The notes under the pieces were generated by a model. That model had not been told where the DNA came from. It worked only from the letters and a program-made list of their open reading frames with translations, and searched no databases. A DNA stretch of 32,000 nucleotides, from assembly GCF_000010625.1 (NCBI RefSeq), contig NC_010296.1:5730001-5762000 (forward strand), written 5' to 3'. Shown here piece after piece: positions 26,307 to 32,000 of this stretch (within the stretch, counting starts at the first letter, position 1; each line of letters begins with the position of its first letter). The translations under genes were made by a program, and so were the position numbers. Origin of the DNA: Microcystis aeruginosa NIES-843 (lineage in GTDB: Bacteria; Cyanobacteriota; Cyanobacteriia; Cyanobacteriales; Microcystaceae).

Positions 26307-27230
26307 TTAGCTCGCAAATTTAACTATCGCGGCTGCGGTAAGTTCCGGTTTTTCGAGGTGGGGAACATGACCACAGCGAGGAATCCAGACCAGTTGATTA
26401 TTAGGTAAAGCCTGCTGAAATTTCTTCGCGTCTTTTGTGCCTAAAATTTGATCGTTTTCTCCCCAAATAATCAGAGTTTCTCGGTCTATTTGGCTTAATT
26501 GCGGCAAAAATGACCCATAACCGCCACTTTTGGTAAAGGAGATTAAAGCCTCACTCCAGTGGGGACAATTCAGGTGCAGACTAGCACAGGTGCAAGCATC
26601 AACACTAGCCAAAGTTGGATCGAAATAGGCAGTACGACTGATATTTTGACGCACGCGGGGATTGGCTAAAAAATTAGTTGCCCACTTATCGAGGGGCGAA
26701 AACATCAATTTACCCAAAACTGGGGGATTAGCTAGTCCTGCGCTGTCAATGAGGACTAATTTCGCCACTATTTCCGGGTAGGAGAGGGCAAAATCGAGGG
26801 CCACTGCACCCCCCATGGAAGCACCGACTAAAATTATCGGTTCGGCGATCGCAGTTCTCCAGAAATGGTAAAGATGGCTTTTAATAGTTTTCGGAGATAC
26901 TTCTAAATCTGGGTATCGCTCAGTAAAACCGAAGCCGAGTAGATCTATCGCCCAAGTTTCCCTATTTTGGGCGAGTAAAGGTAGTAAACGCCGAAATTCC
27001 AGCAGGGAACTATCAAAACCGTGCAGGAGGACAAAAGGCGGTTGACCTTGCCCTTGTTGACTATAGGTGGTTAGAATCGATCGAGGATAGATGGGGCTAT
27101 CGATGGCAATTTGTTGGATATTTTCGAGGAGAGCAAGGGAGGTATCTTCACTCAATCCCTCCCTAACAGTGGGTAAAAAGTTAGGATAATTCACGGATAA
27201 GGGCGAAAGTTTTCTAGATTTTCCGAGCAT
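26307..27230 (-). CDS. Alpha/beta-fold hydrolase
   Basis: 307 aa with an HG oxyanion motif (VLLHGFDSS), a nucleophile elbow (GASMGG) and a C-terminal CGHVPHLE histidine motif. Confidence 0.85.
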   Translation of the reverse strand: MLGKSRKLSPLSVNYPNFLPTVREGLSEDTSLALLENIQQIAIDSPIYPRSILTTYSQQGQGQPPFVLLHGFDSSLLEFRRLLPLLAQNRETWAIDLLGFGFTERYPDLEVSPKTIKSHLYHFWRTAIAEPIILVGASMGGAVALDFALSYPEIVAKLVLIDSAGLANPPVLGKLMFSPLDKWATNFLANPRVRQNISRTAYFDPTLASVDACTCASLHLNCPHWSEALISFTKSGGYGSFLPQLSQIDRETLIIWGENDQILGTKDAKKFQQALPNNQLVWIPRCGHVPHLEKPELTAAAIVKFAS

Positions 27231-27381
27231 CGGTGCTGATTTTAAGCTGTTGACTATCTAAATTACTCGTTAGGACTGTCTATGAGCAGGAGAGCGAGGA
27301 GAGAGAGTTTGAGCATTTGTACTAAAATACTCAATAGACAGTTTAAATGCAGTACAGCTTAACTGATAGCTAAAGGTTATG

Positions 27382-28089
27382 TTAATAGCTAATTTCGAGG
27401 GTGACAGCAGCGCGCAGGGTTTGTTCCCCTCCGATAACCGGGCTACTGGCAGCATCGGCACTCCGAAAAACCGCTTCTGAGCGGGCGATTGGCACGGGAT
27501 TACTGGTATTACCCACTTGGATAGAAACCGTTTCTTTTGGCACTAAACCAAGGGCCTGTAACACGATTGTGGCTTGTTCTCTAGCTTGTTCTGTGGCTTT
27601 GATGAGAGCGCTTCTCTGGCCAGCTGCGATCGCTGATTCCCCAGCAGTAAAACTTACCCCATCGATGCGTGTTGCCCCGACTTTTACCGCTTCATCGATT
27701 AAAACCCCCGCTTGGGCTATATCAACCTGAAAACTAATCAAATTAGCCCCGATATAACCGATTAAACGTCTTTGATTGTTGCTGAAGTCGTAATTGGGCT
27801 GTAAACTAATGCCGGTGGTTTCCAATTTTTCCACTTGACGGGAACGGAGAAATTTAACCACCGCATCGCTACGAGTGGCGGTTTCCCTCTGTACTTTACC
27901 CGCTTCTTTGCCTTGAACTTCTACCCCTAAGCGCACTATTGCTTGAGAAGTGGCGATATTTTCTATTCCTTCTCCCGTCACGGTAATTGTCCTCAATTCT
28001 CTTGCGTCTGCGTAACTAGGCATAACTAATCCAGTGTTGATGAGGATAAGGGACAGCAAAAAGGCCCAGCAAAATTTTTTGTAATTCAT
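27382..28089 (-). CDS. SIMPL/DUF541-domain periplasmic protein
   Basis: 235 aa with a signal peptide, then ITVTGEG... and the repeated beta-rich pattern typical of BP26/SIMPL proteins. Confidence 0.75.
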   Translation of the reverse strand: MNYKKFCWAFLLSLILINTGLVMPSYADARELRTITVTGEGIENIATSQAIVRLGVEVQGKEAGKVQRETATRSDAVVKFLRSRQVEKLETTGISLQPNYDFSNNQRRLIGYIGANLISFQVDIAQAGVLIDEAVKVGATRIDGVSFTAGESAIAAGQRSALIKATEQAREQATIVLQALGLVPKETVSIQVGNTSNPVPIARSEAVFRSADAASSPVIGGEQTLRAAVTLEISY

Positions 28090-28291
28090 GAAAAATCCGT
28101 AGCAATCGATACTATATTTCGATTCTAGCCTTTATTTTGGGCAATTGATCGCAAGATTATCTCTTTTCTGTCACTTTCGCAATATTGGTGACTAAGCTCT
28201 GGGAACTTGAGAAGGGGCCTTTAAGCAATGAGTGTGAAGAACCACAGAGACACAAAGAACACAAAGACCGATCGCTATTATATAAGTTAAA

Positions 28292-29709
28292 GGTTCTTCC
28301 GAACTTACCATGTAAAATCAACTAGCAAAATGCCAATTTAATAAACATCTAAGACTAAAGTTTTTAAAGTTTCTAAATCCATAGCCTCTCCTTTTAATCA
28401 CCTTAAGTTTATTATTAATTCCTTCAACTGTTCCCTGGGTTGTTCGGTTATCAAAATAGGCAGTTATTTCGTCAATCCACCGCCTCATTGTCTGGCAGCT
28501 TTTAGGAAAGTAAGCCATCGCCTTTTTGAGCCAATCACTCAAGGCAAATAATCCCTCATTCCCCTCCGTATTTTTCTCAAATACTTCTCTAAATTCCTCT
28601 TTTAATTTGTGCATTTCCCCAAGTTTTGGAGACACTTTATATACTTCTTCCAATTTTTTCCTTTCTTTCTCTACTAAGTCTCCTTTATTCTTTAATAAGG
28701 CATATTTGCTCTTGGCTATTCCTGCTAAGATATTTTCTTTATTTTTCTTATTTTTTATCTTAGCTGCCTCTCTTTTTACCTCCTTTCTTGCTTCATCTAG
28801 CTCGTTATTTACTTGTTTCATTACCTGGAATCTATCCCCTACTATTTGAGCTTAAGGCATTAGTTTTTCTGCGACATTTTTATACCCTATCCACAGGTCT
28901 ATACTTACTTCCTCTATTTGGCTCAAAACCTCTTCTTCCCAGTGTTTTAGATATTCTGTTAATGCTTCTTCTGTTCTTTTTTCCCCTAAGCCTATAATTT
29001 TTCCTGTGTCTATATTTACTAACACAGCATAGTAATTTCCTTTTCCCTTTATCATGGCTATTTCATCTATTCCTAGTTTTTTTAGCCCTTGAGGTTTTGC
29101 GGTTATTAACTCTTCTCCTAAGTCTTTGAGCATCGTCTCTATTTCTTGTTCGCTTACTCCATTTCTTTCTGCCGTATTTTTGAGATCACTATTCAGGACT
29201 TCGGCCACTATTTTTTTTCTAAATCTGTCTGTGTAGGTTCTTTTCTTCGGCAAATAATTTAGTTCTTCTGTGAATTTTTTCCCACATTTCTCGCATCTCA
29301 TCTGACGACGATTGATTCTCAGATATAATGCCTGTTCTCCAAAGGGTAAATCTCGGATTGTTAATTCATTGTTTTGATGAACTTTTTCCGTTTTACTTCC
29401 ACAATGAATGCACTGGCTTTCTCTTGACATATTTTCTAAATGTAAAACAATTCCTATATCGGTAATAATTTGATAATTGGTAACGACAACTCCTTCTAGG
29501 TGAAGTAGCTCGGTCATTAACTTTAATTGTGGATTTGATGGCATAAGTATAGCTTGTGTCTAAAATTGCTGGTCTTGGCTGTCTATATTTTAACCAATAA
29601 ATTGCTGTATTGCAAGCATAGTCAGCTTTTAAAGATAAATTATTGTTTTATTGATCAGCAATAATTGTCTGTTTTTTCTTTAATTTTACATGACAAGTTC
29701 GGAAGAGCC
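28292..29709 (-). mobile_element. Second ISL3-family insertion sequence (1418 bp), a different family member, with its transposase inactivated by an in-frame stop
   Basis: The ~30-bp inverted repeats are GGTTCTTCCGAACTTACCATGTAAAATCAA (28292-) and the reverse complement of 29709-, GGCTCTTCCGAACTTGTCATGTAAAATTAA. The flanking 8-mers AAGTTAAA and AATTTAAA match at 7 of 8 positions. Confidence 0.88.
28318..29544 (-). pseudogene. ISL3 transposase interrupted by a single in-frame TAA (28852-28854)
   Basis: The 230-aa and 167-aa ORFs are in the same frame. Translating through the stop gives ...KLMP*AQIVGDRFQVMKQVNN..., which is colinear with ...ELMPSAEVVADRFHVMKQINQ... in the intact copy at 13755-14969. 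Confidence 0.85.
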
Positions 29710-29849
29710 AATTTAAACTTGTTACACAAAGAATAAGAGATCCGATTGGTTCGCACACTGGTGCTGTTGATTAAAAAGATAAATTCTCAAAACTTGCTAT
29801 GATCTAACAAGATTGTTAATGCACTTTCTCGGATTAATTATCCCCTGCA

Positions 29850-30797
29850 ATGACTCGCCAAATTCACGACCAATTTGCCAAGGAATATTTAGAAGAACTC
29901 TTAGCGTCTCTAGGGACGATTAAAAAGAGCAAGAAAGTCAAGAGTGAAGTCCAAGAAATCGATGTCTGGTTTGAACCAGCCAGTTCAGCATCAAGGACTG
30001 AATTACCCTTGGGGTTACTCGGTAAAATGGCGGCGACTTGCTGCTTATTTGAACCTTTCCGTAACCCACCCTCCGAGGTAGAGATTCGCAGTTGCATCTC
30101 AAAGTTATATGCGGTTCATGGCGAGGTCTTGAGGAAGGCGAAACGGACAAACAAAACTCTAACCGAAGCTGAACTACCAGTTCTCTGGATTTTAACGCCT
30201 ACTTTTTCGGGGAGAATGATTGAAGAAGTCGTGGGAATCCCCCCTTCATTCCTACCAGAAGAGGGGATGAAAGAGGAGTGGGGAAAAGGAGTTTATTTTT
30301 CCCCTAGCCTGTTCAAAACAGGAATCGTCGCCATCCATCAATTACCAGTCAATGAGGAGACTTTATGGTTGAGGGTGCTAGGGAAAGGAGGGACACAGAA
30401 ACGAGCAGTAGAAGAATTAGTGCAATTGCCTGAAGGTAATCCTTTCCAAGAGAATTTACTGGAAATTCTGGCCAACTGGCGCAAGAGTTTGGAATTAAGA
30501 GATAATTTAAGTGCCGAAGAACAGGAGGACATTATGAACCTATCACCAGCTTATTTACAACAACGAGAAGAGTGGAAACAAGAAGGGATACAAGAAGGGA
30601 TACAACGAGGCAGTTTAGAAGAACGGTATTCCCTCATAACCAGTCTTCTGGAAGGACGGTTTGGCCCCCTAGATGCAGAATTATCTGGTCTGGTGGGACA
30701 GATTGCCCAACTTCCCATCTCGGAACGCACCGGGTTACTTCTTTCTCTGGCCAATTTATCTCGCTCAGAACTGTTAGAAAGATTCAGGGAAAATTAA
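29850..30797 (+). CDS. Rpn/YhgA-like putative recombination-promoting nuclease with a C-terminal DUF4351-like domain (copy 1)
   Basis: 315 aa with the N-terminal HDQFAKEYLEELL motif and an E.DVWFEP segment reminiscent of PD-(D/E)XK Rpn-family proteins. The C-terminal QEGIQEGIQRG...LLEGRFGPLDAEL...LS.SELLERF fits the DUF4351 pattern. The family assignment comes from memory of motifs only. Confidence 0.55.
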   Translation: MTRQIHDQFAKEYLEELLASLGTIKKSKKVKSEVQEIDVWFEPASSASRTELPLGLLGKMAATCCLFEPFRNPPSEVEIRSCISKLYAVHGEVLRKAKRTNKTLTEAELPVLWILTPTFSGRMIEEVVGIPPSFLPEEGMKEEWGKGVYFSPSLFKTGIVAIHQLPVNEETLWLRVLGKGGTQKRAVEELVQLPEGNPFQENLLEILANWRKSLELRDNLSAEEQEDIMNLSPAYLQQREEWKQEGIQEGIQRGSLEERYSLITSLLEGRFGPLDAELSGLVGQIAQLPISERTGLLLSLANLSRSELLERFREN

Positions 30798-30913
30798 ACT
30801 TTCAATCCCAATCTCAAAAACAGACAATTAAAATTCCCTTCGATAAATTCTCAAAACTTGCTATGATCTAACAAGATTGTTAATGCACTTTCTCGGATTA
30901 ATTATCCCCTGCA

Positions 30914-31873
30914 ATGACTCGCCAAATTCACGACCAATTTGCCAAGGAATATTTAGAAGAACTCTTAGCGTCTCTAGGGACGATTAAAAAGAGCAAGAAA
31001 GTCAAGAGTGAAGTCCAAGAAATCGATGTCTGGTTTGAACCAGCCAGTTCAGCATCAAGGACTGAATTACCCTTGGGGTTACTCGGTAAAATGGCGGCGA
31101 CTTGCTGCTTATTTGAACCTTTCCGTAACCCACCCTCCGAGGTAGAGATTCGCAGTTGCATCTCAAAGTTATATGCGGTTCATGGCGAGGTCTTGAGGAA
31201 GGCGAAACGGACAAACAAAACTCTAACCGAAGCTGAACTACCAGTTCTCTGGATTTTAACGCCTACTTTTTCGGGGAGAATGATTGAAGAAGTCGTGGGA
31301 ATCCCCCCTTCATTCCTACCAGAAGAGGGGATGAAAGAGGAGTGGGGAAAAGGAGTTTATTTTTCCCCTAGCCTGTTCAAAACAGGAATCGTCGCCATCC
31401 ATCAATTACCAGTCAATGAGGAGACTTTATGGTTGAGGGTGCTAGGGAAAGGAGGGACACAGAAACGAGCAGTAGAAGAATTAGTGCAATTGCCTGAAGG
31501 TAATCCTTTCCAAGAGAATTTACTGGAAATTCTGGCCAACTGGCGCAAGAGTTTGGAATTAAGAGATAATTTAAGTGCCGAAGAACAGGAGGACATTATG
31601 AACCTATCACCAGCTTATTTACAACAACGAGAAGAGTGGAAACAAGAAGGGATACAAGAAGGGATACAAGAAGGGATACAACGAGGCAGTTTAGAAGGAC
31701 AACTATCGCTGATAACCAGTCTTCTGGAAGGACGGTTTGGCCCCCTAGATGCAGAATTATCTGGTCTGGTGGAACAGATTGCCCAACTTCCTATCTCGGA
31801 ACGCACCGGGTTACTTCTTTCTCTGGCTAATTTATCTCGCTCAGAACTGTTAGAAAGATTCAGGGAAAATTAA
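30914..31873 (+). CDS. Rpn/YhgA-like putative recombination-promoting nuclease with a C-terminal DUF4351-like domain (copy 2)
   Basis: 319 aa. The first ~245 aa are identical to copy 1. It has one extra QEGI unit, and differs at EERY vs EGQL and at G vs E. Confidence 0.55.
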   Translation: MTRQIHDQFAKEYLEELLASLGTIKKSKKVKSEVQEIDVWFEPASSASRTELPLGLLGKMAATCCLFEPFRNPPSEVEIRSCISKLYAVHGEVLRKAKRTNKTLTEAELPVLWILTPTFSGRMIEEVVGIPPSFLPEEGMKEEWGKGVYFSPSLFKTGIVAIHQLPVNEETLWLRVLGKGGTQKRAVEELVQLPEGNPFQENLLEILANWRKSLELRDNLSAEEQEDIMNLSPAYLQQREEWKQEGIQEGIQEGIQRGSLEGQLSLITSLLEGRFGPLDAELSGLVEQIAQLPISERTGLLLSLANLSRSELLERFREN

Positions 31874-32000
31874 ACTTTCAGTCCCAATCTCAAAAACAGA
31901 CAATTAAAATTCCCGATGAACAATCATTTCCAAATCCTGAAGAACCTTAAATGTCCTGCTTATTTTGCTAGACTAAAGAAGTCCCAATTCTTGATTAGCC

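Larger units (their letters stand above)
29778..31917 (+). repeat. Direct tandem duplication (unit 1064 bp in copy 1, 1076 bp in copy 2), each unit holding one Rpn-like/DUF4351 gene with its upstream region
   Basis: 29778-30578 appears base-for-base identical to 30842-31642 by eye. The units diverge only in the last ~300 nt. The junction shows GAT / AAATTC microhomology. Confidence 0.9.

Noticed and set aside
30621-30637. The clustered substitutions between the two Rpn-like copies could be DGR-style targeted mutagenesis
   Set aside because: The 8 changes are not adenine-specific (a>g, g>a, t>c, a>t, t>a, c>g). No nearby RT or template repeat is associated, because the only RT in the window is the group II intron IEP. 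Patchy gene conversion is a simpler explanation.
29864-30754. Minus-strand ORFs of 64-77 aa inside the Rpn-like genes (repeated at 30928-31806) could be antisense antitoxin-like genes
   Set aside because: They are duplicated only because the whole unit is duplicated. Their composition is Ser/Arg/Pro/Cys-rich shadow-frame sequence, and I saw no ribosome-binding sites.

Overview
This looks like a chromosomal segment from a unicellular cyanobacterium, most consistent with Microcystis. That assignment is an inference from gene content and order, frequent GCGATCGC/CGATCG palindromes, and intergenic spacers filled with heptamer repeats. No database search was possible.

The backbone is ordinary core metabolism:
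- a livH-type permease (3' part) and a Gfo/Idh/MocA oxidoreductase
- a DUF721 protein
- pntAA-pntAB-pntB transhydrogenase
- leucyl aminopeptidase
- a TPR protein
- an FtsH4-type protease
- the CO2-concentrating operon LysR(ccmR-type) / bicA remnant / sbtA / sbtB / nhaS3
- an alpha/beta hydrolase and a SIMPL/DUF541 protein

Four mobile elements sit on this backbone:
- an IS200/IS605 element with a truncated tnpA, whose tnpB is split by an intact ISL3 insertion with an 8-bp target duplication
- a complete group II intron (RT-maturase-HNH ORF, recognisable domains V and VI) lying 32 nt upstream of the ftsH start codon
- a second ISL3 copy carrying an in-frame stop

The two loci I consider most worth follow-up:
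1. A four-gene cluster: a proline-rich membrane protein, PspA, Vipp1, and an aberrant third Vipp1-like gene. The third gene is internally duplicated, lacks the N-terminal amphipathic helix, and shares a near-identical 3' end with vipp1.
2. A perfect-then-divergent tandem duplication of an Rpn-like/DUF4351 gene, with a 12-nt repeat copy-number change and a tight substitution patch.

Composite STRR-like heptamer arrays, (GTGGGGT)n plus (CTCCTGA)n, recur at three intergenic sites. I saw no CRISPR array, tRNA or rRNA.
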